DNA from: Microthrixaceae bacterium
Lineage (GTDB): Bacteria > Actinomycetota > Acidimicrobiia > Acidimicrobiales > DATDAH01
Assembly: GCA_020637195.1 (NCBI GenBank)
Contig: JACJWK010000015.1
Span: 6,532 to 70,531, forward strand
Direction of reading: 5' to 3'
DNA length: 64,000 nucleotides
Under the pieces are notes generated by a model that worked only from the letters and a program-made list of their open reading frames with translations, made no database searches and was not told the origin of the DNA. Each line of letters begins with the position of its first letter. The first letter of the stretch is position 1. Of this stretch, positions 8,828-16,741 are shown piece after piece. The position numbers were made by a program, and so were the translations under genes.

Positions 8828-10089
8828 GGCTGCTGCTCCAGCTTGTCGGCGATGCGGCGACGCAGCTCGGCGACGACCCCCGGGGCCGGCAGCTGCCCGA
8901 GCACCTCGTCGAAGAAGCCCGCCACCACGAGGCGCTCCGCCGCCGCGGGCGGCACGCCCCGGCTCTCGAGGTAGAAGCGCTGGAGCTCGTCGATGGGCCC
9001 GACCGTCGAGGCGTGGCTACACCGCACGTCGTTGTTCTCGATCTCGAGGTTGGGGACCGACTCGGCCCACGCGTCCTCGGACAGCTTGATGTTGCGGTTG
9101 GTCTGGAAGGCGTTGGTGCCGCGCGCGTCCGGGCGCACCCGGATGAGGCCCGTGTAGACCGAGCGCGACCGACCCCCGACCGCCCCCTTGAACAGGAGGT
9201 TGCTGGTGGTGTCGGCGGCGACGTGGTCCTGGAAGGTGCGGAAGTCGAGGGTCTGGTCGCCGTCGCCGAAGTAGACCGCCAGCAGGTCGCCGGACGCGCC
9301 GCGGCCGGTGAGGGCGCAGTCGGTGCGCAGGCGGGCGTAGTCACCGCCGAACGCGGCGGTGGCGGAGACGAGGCGCGCCTGGCCGGCCACGCGGGAGGCC
9401 TGCGTGCCGATCTGCCACACCCGGGGCCCGAGGTCCTGCACCGCGAGGTAGGTGAGGCGGGCCGACGCCCCGACGTCGAGCTCGACCACGGGGACGGTCA
9501 GCGCGGCGACGTCCTCGGAGGCGGCGAGGTCCACGAGGGCGACCTCGCTGTTCTCCCCCGCCCGCACGGCCAGGCGGGGCAGGGACAGGCCTCCCTCCGC
9601 CGCCGTGTGGTGGACCACGACGATCGGGCGGTCCAGCGCGGTCCCCCGCGGCACGTCGAGCACCGCCGGCGCCGGGGCGCCGGCGTCGTTGAGGGCACCG
9701 AAGTAGTCGTCGCGAGCGCCGAACACGGCGCCGAGCACGGCTTCGCCGCCGGCGACGTCGGCGGCGGCGCCGAGCACCACGCCCGCGGCCGCCGCCTGCT
9801 CGTCGAGCTCGACGTGGGCCAGGTGGCCGTCGACCACGACCGCCAGCCCGGCGCGCTCGCCGACCACCCGGTCGGCGCGACGGCGGGCCCCCTCGACGAC
9901 GTCGCTGCCGGGCGAGCCGGGGACGGGCCGGTACGCGGCGAGGTCCAGCTCGCCGATGCGGCTGTAGCGCCAGACCTCCTCGTCGGTGGAGGGGACCTCG
10001 GCGGCGGCGAGACGCTCACCGGATGCGGTGCGGCGGGCCTCGAGCCAGCCGGGACCGGGGGGCAGGGTCACGGTGTCGACGGGGTTCAT
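8824..10089 (-). CDS. sufD: Fe-S cluster assembly protein SufD
   Basis: SufB/SufD-family C-terminal beta-helix region (TFQDHVAADTTSNLLFKGAV..RSVYTGLIRV..NRNIKLSEDAWAESVPNLEI). 4-nt overlap with the downstream Rieske gene. Confidence 0.88.
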   Translation of the reverse strand: MNPVDTVTLPPGPGWLEARRTASGERLAAAEVPSTDEEVWRYSRIGELDLAAYRPVPGSPGSDVVEGARRRADRVVGERAGLAVVVDGHLAHVELDEQAAAAGVVLGAAADVAGGEAVLGAVFGARDDYFGALNDAGAPAPAVLDVPRGTALDRPIVVVHHTAAEGGLSLPRLAVRAGENSEVALVDLAASEDVAALTVPVVELDVGASARLTYLAVQDLGPRVWQIGTQASRVAGQARLVSATAAFGGDYARLRTDCALTGRGASGDLLAVYFGDGDQTLDFRTFQDHVAADTTSNLLFKGAVGGRSRSVYTGLIRVRPDARGTNAFQTNRNIKLSEDAWAESVPNLEIENNDVRCSHASTVGPIDELQRFYLESRGVPPAAAERLVVAGFFDEVLGQLPAPGVVAELRRRIADKLEQQP

Positions 10090-10255
10090 GGCGGGTTCGG
10101 CGCAGCCTCAGGATCGGGGGAGCGGTTCGCGACGAGGGGCCCACCCGGGCGGGCCCCACGCCCTGCGATCCTACCGGCGCACCAGCGCGCGGACCTGGTC
10201 CGGGGCCGGCATCGGTCGATCGTGCCCCTGACCGGTGCCGCCGCCGGGGGGCGAC

Positions 10256-10615
10256 CTACTTGCGCTTCTTCTTGTTCTTCTTGCGGCGGAAGCGGCCCTT
10301 GCGCCCGCGCTCGTCCTCGAGCTCGGCCATGACCCGCGGCCCGGCCTGGTTGATGATGTCCTCGGCTTCGTCCAGCAGCGCGGCCACGGCGCCGTCGTCG
10401 GCGTCGAGGCTGGCGGGCTCGGCGGGCGACGGTGGCGTGACGAGCGTGCCGTGGTGCCAGCCGACGTCGGCCAGCCGGCGCGTGTACTTGGGGCAGTCCT
10501 CGGGGCACCGCCACGGCGCCTCGGGTGCGAGGTCGAGGTCGCACTTGCGCACCGTCTCGCCGTTCGCGTACGAGCGGCTCTCGTAGTACTTGCAGTCCTC
10601 GCGCATCGGCATCAC
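10256..10615 (-). CDS. Small Cys4 protein with a poly-Lys/Arg tail, unknown function
   Basis: 119 aa. Cys at 8, 25, 37 and 41 (C-x16-C-x11-C-x3-C). Acidic middle region and C-terminal RFRRKKNKKKRK. Codon usage looks coding. Confidence 0.6.
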   Translation of the reverse strand: MMPMREDCKYYESRSYANGETVRKCDLDLAPEAPWRCPEDCPKYTRRLADVGWHHGTLVTPPSPAEPASLDADDGAVAALLDEAEDIINQAGPRVMAELEDERGRKGRFRRKKNKKKRK

Positions 10616-10694
10616 CCCATCTTGCCAGCCGCGAGCGCCGGTCCACCCGCACCACGTCCGCCGGCCCTCGCGCCGGTTCCGCGGAGCGGGGTGC

Positions 10695-11657
10695 TCAGGC
10701 GCTGCTGCCGGCGGCCGAGCGCACGCCCACGCGCCGGCCCGGGCCCGTCTCGGTGACCGTCACCCGGATCTCGTCGTCGACCACCTCGAGGTGGTGCCAC
10801 TCGGTGTCGGCCTCGGGGTGGGTGGCGGTGAGGTCCAGCTCGGCGAGGGGTCGCAGCTCGCGCCCGTGCCACGGGCAGCGCTGGCACCCGTCGGCGACGG
10901 GGACGTCGTCGAGCTCGGCCCCCTCGTGGGGGCAGACGCGGCTGAAGGCGAGGACCCGGTCGCCGTCGCGCCGCAGGAGCAGGCCCAGATGGTCGCTGCG
11001 CCCCACCAGCACGGGGGCGCCGCCCGACAGCCCGGCCAGCGGGACCGCGGGGAGGGTCGGCGCCTCGAGCGGTGGGTCGGGGAACTCGAGGTTGTTGGCG
11101 GCCACGGAGATCGTGGCGCGGATGTCGCGTGGTGCGCCGTCACCGCGGAAGGTGTAGCCCCAGGAGCGGAGGCGGCCGCGCCGCTCGCGCAGGGGCGTGT
11201 CCTCGGACATGAGGGTGCGGTGGTTGATCTGGAGCAGCCGGCGGATGACGGGCCAGAGCAGCATCCAGAACCGGGTGCTGGCCACGGTGTAGGTGGTGAC
11301 GGCGCGGGTGCGGGTCTCGGTGACGGGGATGAACTGGTGGCGGGTGACCATCGTCCATGCCAGGGCGGTGACGAAGTGGGCCTGCTCGTTCGGGCCGGTG
11401 TCGTAGTGCACCAGGATCAGCGGGAACGGCATCCCCAGGACGGTCTGGTAGCTGATCGACGCCTGGAGGTCCTTCTCGATGACGCACACCACGTCGGAGA
11501 TGCGGCTGTGGACGAAGTTGCGGTGCACGACGTCCTTGTTGTTCCAGTCGACGTCGCCGGGCTGGTACTCGCCCTCGGTGGTGCACTGCACCGAGCGGTG
11601 CACCATGCCGAACGACTCGAGGCGCTCGACGATGGCGTCATGGCTGAGCTTGACCAC
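10695..11657 (-). CDS. Rieske-domain protein, paralogue A: N-terminal about 215-aa domain with D-x2-H-x4-H, C-terminal Rieske [2Fe-2S] domain
   Basis: KDVVHRNFVH (D42, H45, H50). CPH(242-244)-x16-CPWH(261-264). GTG start at 11657. Confidence 0.8.
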   Translation of the reverse strand: MVKLSHDAIVERLESFGMVHRSVQCTTEGEYQPGDVDWNNKDVVHRNFVHSRISDVVCVIEKDLQASISYQTVLGMPFPLILVHYDTGPNEQAHFVTALAWTMVTRHQFIPVTETRTRAVTTYTVASTRFWMLLWPVIRRLLQINHRTLMSEDTPLRERRGRLRSWGYTFRGDGAPRDIRATISVAANNLEFPDPPLEAPTLPAVPLAGLSGGAPVLVGRSDHLGLLLRRDGDRVLAFSRVCPHEGAELDDVPVADGCQRCPWHGRELRPLAELDLTATHPEADTEWHHLEVVDDEIRVTVTETGPGRRVGVRSAAGSSA

Positions 11658-11665
11658 GGGAGGGC

Positions 11666-11671
11666 AGGTTA
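11666..11671 (-). promoter_or_regulatory. Candidate -10 element TAACCT (TANNNT) 8 nt upstream of the paralogue A GTG; suggests a leaderless or very short leader transcript
   Basis: Same spacing and same type of hexamer as upstream of paralogue B (TAGTCT at 16728-16733). The flanking sequence GCG(C/T)TA is also conserved. Confidence 0.4.
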
Positions 11672-11718
11672 GCGCCGACCCCCGGTCCCCTCCCGAAGGC
11701 CCCGGTGCCGCCGGCGGC

Positions 11719-13341
11719 TCAGGCCGCCGAGGGCTCGAAGTCCCGCTGGGCGGCGCCGGTGCCGCCCGACCCGAGCCCCTTGCGCCGCTGCCGCAGCAGG
11801 GCGTCGAGCTGGGTGGCCTCCTCGGACTTGCCCCGCCACGCCCGGAAGTACGCGAGCATCCGCTTGGGCCGCAGCACGTTCGCCACGCCGTAGAAGGCCA
11901 TCAGCATCGTGAGCTGGGCGATGCGCAGCTTCCGCGTGCTCATCACGGGGTTGTAGCTCTGGTGCTTGCCCGACGACCACGACAGCGCGGTGTACGGGTA
12001 CTCCTCGGTGACCTCGAGGGTGCCGGCCTCCACGAGCGCCTTGAAGTCCTTGCTGCCCGGGTAGGGCCCGAAGATCATCACCGCGGCGTCGTTGGCGCCG
12101 GCGCGCGCGGCCCGGAGCATGAAGCGGAACGACTTCAACAGGTCGGGCCAGCGCTCCTGGGGGTGGCCGATGATGATGTTGATCTTGGTGACGAGCCCGA
12201 TCTGCTTGGCCGCCCGCAGCGAGTTCAAGATGGTGTCGAGGCTGACCCGCTTGTCGTAGATGTCGAGCATGCGCTCGCCCCCGGCCTCGGGGGCGTAGGT
12301 GATGTTGCGACAGCCCGTGTCCCAGAGGCGTTGGAGCACCTCGGCGTCGAGGGCCTCGGCCCGGGTGCCGACCGGGAGCTGCCAGATGAGACCGGGCGCC
12401 TTGGCCTCGAGGGCGTCGCAGAAGCGCAGCGTCCACTGGCGCTTGGTGATGGCGGTGAGGTCGGCGAAGTTGACGTTGCGGACGCCGTAGCGCTCGACGT
12501 ACCCCGCGATCTCCTCGGCGACCTCCTCGGGCTCGCGCACGACGTAGCGCGTGGTCCACATCTGGGGCGACGAGCAGAACGAGCACTTGTACGGGCACCC
12601 GCGGGTGGCCAGCACCGGCATCGAGCGGCCGCGGTTGACGCCGAACGAGTCGGCGAAGCGGAAGTACTGGTCGAGGGGGAACAGGTCCCACGCCGGACGG
12701 GGCACGTCGGGCAGCGCCTTCGTGTTGATGCGGGTGGCGAGGCCGCCGTCGCAGGCCTCGCCGCCGTTGCGCAGGACGAGCCCCTCGAAGCCACCGTCGA
12801 GCGGGATCCCGCGCGCCACCCGGTCGGCGAGCTCGACCACGGTGCGCTCGCCCTCGCCGAGCACGCAGGCGTCGATGGCGTCGGTCTGCTCGAACATCCA
12901 CTTCCAGTAGCCGGTGGCGTTCTCGCCGCCGCACACGATGAGCACGTCGGGGAAGCGGTCCCGGACGGCCTCGGCGATCTCGCGCACGTGCGGCCACTCG
13001 TGCAGGAACATGTGGGTGATCCCGACCATCTTCGTGTCGGGGTGCAGGCGGTCGACGATCTCCGCCACGGAGATGCCGCACTGGCGCAGCGTGCCGATCG
13101 GGCTGGGGCGGTCGACGATCTGGTCGATGCCCTCCCCCGCCGAGTCGACGACGTCCACGGTGTGGCCGGCGTCGCGGAGCACCGCGGCGATGTAGGCCAG
13201 GCCGATGGGCGGCACCGGCCCGTACCACGAGAAGCTCTTGGGGAACACGATCGTGTTCGGGCGGATGAGAGCCACCCGGGTGGACGCGTCCCCCGTGGGG
13301 CGGCGCGTGGGCGCCGCCAGCGTCACTGCATCGCTCACCAT
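11719..13341 (-). CDS. B12-binding (class B) radical SAM enzyme
   Basis: N-terminal Rossmann-like B12-binding region (VALIRPN..PPIGLAYIAAVLRDAGH..VGITHMF..VCGGENAT). Radical SAM cluster motif CPYKCSFC. 540 aa. Confidence 0.85.
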   Translation of the reverse strand: MVSDAVTLAAPTRRPTGDASTRVALIRPNTIVFPKSFSWYGPVPPIGLAYIAAVLRDAGHTVDVVDSAGEGIDQIVDRPSPIGTLRQCGISVAEIVDRLHPDTKMVGITHMFLHEWPHVREIAEAVRDRFPDVLIVCGGENATGYWKWMFEQTDAIDACVLGEGERTVVELADRVARGIPLDGGFEGLVLRNGGEACDGGLATRINTKALPDVPRPAWDLFPLDQYFRFADSFGVNRGRSMPVLATRGCPYKCSFCSSPQMWTTRYVVREPEEVAEEIAGYVERYGVRNVNFADLTAITKRQWTLRFCDALEAKAPGLIWQLPVGTRAEALDAEVLQRLWDTGCRNITYAPEAGGERMLDIYDKRVSLDTILNSLRAAKQIGLVTKINIIIGHPQERWPDLLKSFRFMLRAARAGANDAAVMIFGPYPGSKDFKALVEAGTLEVTEEYPYTALSWSSGKHQSYNPVMSTRKLRIAQLTMLMAFYGVANVLRPKRMLAYFRAWRGKSEEATQLDALLRQRRKGLGSGGTGAAQRDFEPSAA

Positions 13342-13430
13342 GGGTCGAGGCTAGTTGGGCGAACGGCCCTTCGTCCATGGGTCGCGCCGGTGAGCGGTCC
13401 CCGGGGCGCCTCGGACCGTCGTCGGCCCGC

Positions 13431-15098
13431 TCAGTCCGCCGGCGCGGCGACCGGCACGGTCACCGGCGGCGAACCCCGGCCCTCGGCCTGGGCGGTCAGC
13501 TCGGGTCCCAGCGAGTCCCACATCGCCTGCGCGATCACCTGGGCCCCGGCCTCGTCCGTGTGCACCACGTCGTAGAACGGCGACGGGTCGCCCCCGAACA
13601 CGTCCGAGAGGTCGATCACGCCCTCGGGCAGGCGCTCGAGCACCTCGGGCGGCCAGCCGGCGGCCCTCGGCTGCCAGAAGAAGCGCACGGGGACGTCGTA
13701 GTCGTCGGCGAGGTCCTCGACCAGCCCCTTCGCCCGCCCGTAGATGTCGAGGGCGGCGTCGGTCTGCTCCTCGGGGGTTCCCACCTCGGCGTCGTCGAGG
13801 CCGGGCAGGCCCACCTCGCGGCCCCGGAAGGTGTCCCACAGCCGCCACGCGCCGCTGGCCCGTCGGTACGAGTCGGCCAACTCGCCGAGGCCGTCGAGGC
13901 CGCCCGGCTCGGACGCCCGCAGCTCGCGGAAGTCGGTGATCAGGCCGTTCAGCACCACCGCCGAGTGGTGGGTGGGCTCCTCGTCGAAGTCGGTCATCTG
14001 GACGTCGAACTCGTTGAACCCGTCGAAGAAGACCACCATGTCGTAGTCCTCGCCCGACGCGAGGAGCCGCTCCATCAGCAGGTACTCCTGCCAGGCCACC
14101 CAGGCCGGGAAGCCGTAGTTGTGGACCTCGACGGGGACGCCGTTCTCCTCGGCGATGCGGGCGAAGGCCGAGGGGATCGTGTGCTCGTCGCGCTGGCCGA
14201 CGCCGAACATCACCGAGCCGCCCATGAAGGCGATCTTCAGCGGCTCGACCCCCGGCGGCACCTCCGGCTCGTACGACACCCGCTCGCTGTTGGTGACGTT
14301 GACCGTCGGGCTCGAGAACTCGTTGTCGCCCCGGATCAGGTACGGGATGTAGTCGTTGGTCTGGAGCTCGAAGGCGGCCATGTCCCGGCCGTGCTGCTGG
14401 GCCCACGGCGACTCGTTCATGGGTGGGTTCGACATGTCGCGCTGGAGCGACTGCTCGATCTGGGCGACGAGGTCGCCCCGGTCGACCGGGGGCAGCACGC
14501 CCGTGGCGGTGAACAGGGCGCCCACCGCCAGGTCGACGACGACGAGGACCGCCACCACCGCCAGGGCCACCACCACCTTGGGGGCCTTGGCCCCCGGGGC
14601 CCGCGTGGGCTCGGAGCCGAACGTGCGCTTCGGTGGCCCCTCGGGAGCCATGGCCACCTTGGGGATCCAGCCGTCGCCCGCCAGGCCGCGGGGGCGACCG
14701 AGGGGGGTCGTGCGGAACAGCCACTGGATCGCGGCCAGCGGCAGGAACACCAGCACGAACATGAACCCGAGCAGCACGAACCGCAGCAGATGGCCGACCC
14801 CGCGCCCGAAGGCCTCCAACGCCCGGAGGAAGGCGCGATCGAACCCCGGCGACAGCGCCCGCCCCGCCGTGAGGAGCAGCACCACCACGACGAGGACGGC
14901 GGCGGCCTCGGTGCGCCCGCGGGCGAGGAGGAGGGCGGCCACGGCGCCCGCGATGACGAGGGGGAGCAGCAGCGACAGCCCTCGGTGGGGACCCGCCGCC
15001 TTCGGCTCGGGGGATTCGGCGCCCCAGGTCGGCAGGATCACCTCGGAGCGCTCGTAGCCGTCGCGGGCCACGGTCCGGTCCTCCAGCGAGGTGCTCAC
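13431..15098 (-). CDS. Membrane-anchored SGNH/GDSL-like hydrolase or acyltransferase, paralogue 1
   Basis: About 4 N-terminal TM helices. SGNH-like blocks are FMGGSVMFG (block I), FFDGFNEF (block III) and DVVHTDE (block V). GTG 15098 overlaps the stop of the upstream GT-C gene as GTGA. The track ORF to 15551 is over-extended. Confidence 0.7.
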   Translation of the reverse strand: MSTSLEDRTVARDGYERSEVILPTWGAESPEPKAAGPHRGLSLLLPLVIAGAVAALLLARGRTEAAAVLVVVVLLLTAGRALSPGFDRAFLRALEAFGRGVGHLLRFVLLGFMFVLVFLPLAAIQWLFRTTPLGRPRGLAGDGWIPKVAMAPEGPPKRTFGSEPTRAPGAKAPKVVVALAVVAVLVVVDLAVGALFTATGVLPPVDRGDLVAQIEQSLQRDMSNPPMNESPWAQQHGRDMAAFELQTNDYIPYLIRGDNEFSSPTVNVTNSERVSYEPEVPPGVEPLKIAFMGGSVMFGVGQRDEHTIPSAFARIAEENGVPVEVHNYGFPAWVAWQEYLLMERLLASGEDYDMVVFFDGFNEFDVQMTDFDEEPTHHSAVVLNGLITDFRELRASEPGGLDGLGELADSYRRASGAWRLWDTFRGREVGLPGLDDAEVGTPEEQTDAALDIYGRAKGLVEDLADDYDVPVRFFWQPRAAGWPPEVLERLPEGVIDLSDVFGGDPSPFYDVVHTDEAGAQVIAQAMWDSLGPELTAQAEGRGSPPVTVPVAAPAD

Positions 15099-16537
15099 GA
15101 CGCGGTCTCCTCGGTCGTCTCCGGCCCGGCGGCCGTCACGGGTGGCTCCTCGTCGGCCTCGAGCCGGTCGCGGCAGAGGAAGCCGGCGGCCAGCACGGCC
15201 ACGAAGGGCAGGACGGGGAAGCGGTAGTGCGGCTGGGCCACCGCGCCCACGATGGCCAGGGTGAACAGCACCGGGGGCACCCAGATGGTCGGGGCGCGCC
15301 GGCAGGCGGGCACGAAGGCGAGGCCGGCGAGGGCGAGCGCGCCGACCACCCACAGCCAGACGTTGGCCAGCGTGCCCAGCGGGTCCATCCAGCCGCCGGC
15401 CCAGGTGGCCGACTGGTAGTTGCGGGCGGCCTCGACCACGCGCCCCTCGTCGCTCCAGGTCTCCCACACCTTGGCCACGGTGAGCCGCGCCTCCTGGGCG
15501 GGGTGCGACGCCGCCCAGGCCACGGCGTCCGAGACGCGGTCCTGGTACCACGCCACCTCATCGACCTCGGCGTCGCCCACGCCCTCGGGCACCTCACGGC
15601 CCCGCACGAGGTAGGGCTCGGGGTCGTCGTAGGGGGACCCGCGGAAGCACTCGACCTGGAGGCTCGGGTTCGCGAGGCTCTCGCTCCAGTCGGCGGAGAT
15701 GTCGTCGTTGTGGCCGAAGCACAGCGCCGACGCGTTGCTCGTCGAGCCCGGGCTCCAGATCCCGACCTGGACCCCGTTGCGGATGGTCCAGGGCACGAGC
15801 AGCACCGCCGCACCCGCGAGGACCAGGCCCGTGGCACGCAGCGCGGGCCGCCACGACGCCGACCACGACCCGCGGCGCACCCGCAGGGCCAGGACGGGCG
15901 CGGCCAACCCGATGATGCCCGGGGCCCGGAAGAGGACCCCCAGCCCCACCAGCAGGCCGGCGAGCAGCCAGTTCCGGTCGGGGACGTCGCGCGTGCGCGA
16001 GCCGGCCAGGAGGTAGGCGCCGAGCAGCACGGGTGTGAAGGCGGTCTCGGTGTGGGCCGTCGAGGTGTAGAAGATCAGGCTGGGCCACAGCGCCACGAGC
16101 CAGGCCGCGGTGACCCGGGCACGCGTGCCGATCCAGCGCTCGGCGAGCAGGGCCGTGAACCAGATCGTGAGGGTGCCGGCGACCACGTTGACCAGCGACG
16201 CCGCGAAGGCGGGGCTCAACAGCCCGGTCTCGTCGGCGAACCAGACGAACGGGGCGAGGATGAAGGGGTAGCCGGGCGACCAGTAGGCACTCGGCCCGCC
16301 GGTGCCACCGAAGGTCGGCAGGTCGCCGCCGGTGAGGTCCAGCGCGATGCGCAGGTACTCCGACGGGTCGGTGGGGAACTCGGGCGTGCGGGTGGCCCAG
16401 ACGACCCACAGCAGCCGCAGCCCGGCGCCCACGAGCACGGCGGCGAGCAGCGCCCGACGGCCGTCGCTCCCGCCGACCCGAGCGCCTCCGCCGCGCCCGG
16501 CCCGCGCGGGGGCCGCCGACGGGTCGGCAGTCGTCAT
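15095..16537 (-). CDS. GT-C family glycosyltransferase (ArnT/PMT_2-like, polyprenyl-phosphate-sugar dependent type)
   Basis: Multi-TM protein with N-terminal GLRLLWVVWATRTPEFPTDPSEYLRIA..YWSPGYPFILAP typical of the dolichyl/undecaprenyl-P-sugar transferase family. ATG 16537. Confidence 0.7.
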   Translation of the reverse strand: MTTADPSAAPARAGRGGGARVGGSDGRRALLAAVLVGAGLRLLWVVWATRTPEFPTDPSEYLRIALDLTGGDLPTFGGTGGPSAYWSPGYPFILAPFVWFADETGLLSPAFAASLVNVVAGTLTIWFTALLAERWIGTRARVTAAWLVALWPSLIFYTSTAHTETAFTPVLLGAYLLAGSRTRDVPDRNWLLAGLLVGLGVLFRAPGIIGLAAPVLALRVRRGSWSASWRPALRATGLVLAGAAVLLVPWTIRNGVQVGIWSPGSTSNASALCFGHNDDISADWSESLANPSLQVECFRGSPYDDPEPYLVRGREVPEGVGDAEVDEVAWYQDRVSDAVAWAASHPAQEARLTVAKVWETWSDEGRVVEAARNYQSATWAGGWMDPLGTLANVWLWVVGALALAGLAFVPACRRAPTIWVPPVLFTLAIVGAVAQPHYRFPVLPFVAVLAAGFLCRDRLEADEEPPVTAAGPETTEETAS

Positions 16538-16727
16538 CGGTGCAGCCCCCGGGCGGCGCCCACGAGGGCCCGGTGGCCGACGGCGGGGTTCACGATGTGC
16601 AGCGTGCCCTTCCTCGCGGGGTTGGGACCAGGCCCTCGGTCGGCGGCCGAGCATAGTGGTCGCCCCCGACCGGCAGCCCGCGGGCCGACCCGTCGCAGGG
16701 CCGGCGGACCGGGGACGGCCGTCGCGT

Positions 16728-16733
16728 TAGTCT
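16728..16733 (+). promoter_or_regulatory. Candidate -10 element TAGTCT 8 nt upstream of the paralogue B GTG
   Basis: TANNNT hexamer with spacing identical to paralogue A. Confidence 0.4.
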
Positions 16734-16741
16734 CGACCGCC

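Noticed and set aside
10136-10157. The hairpin GGGGCCC-N8-GGGCCCC between the Cys4 gene and sufD as a terminator that insulates sufD from the cassette.
   Set aside because: It has only a 7-bp stem with a GC-rich 8-nt loop and no U-tract. That is too weak to call, although it bears on whether sufD is co-transcribed with the cassette.
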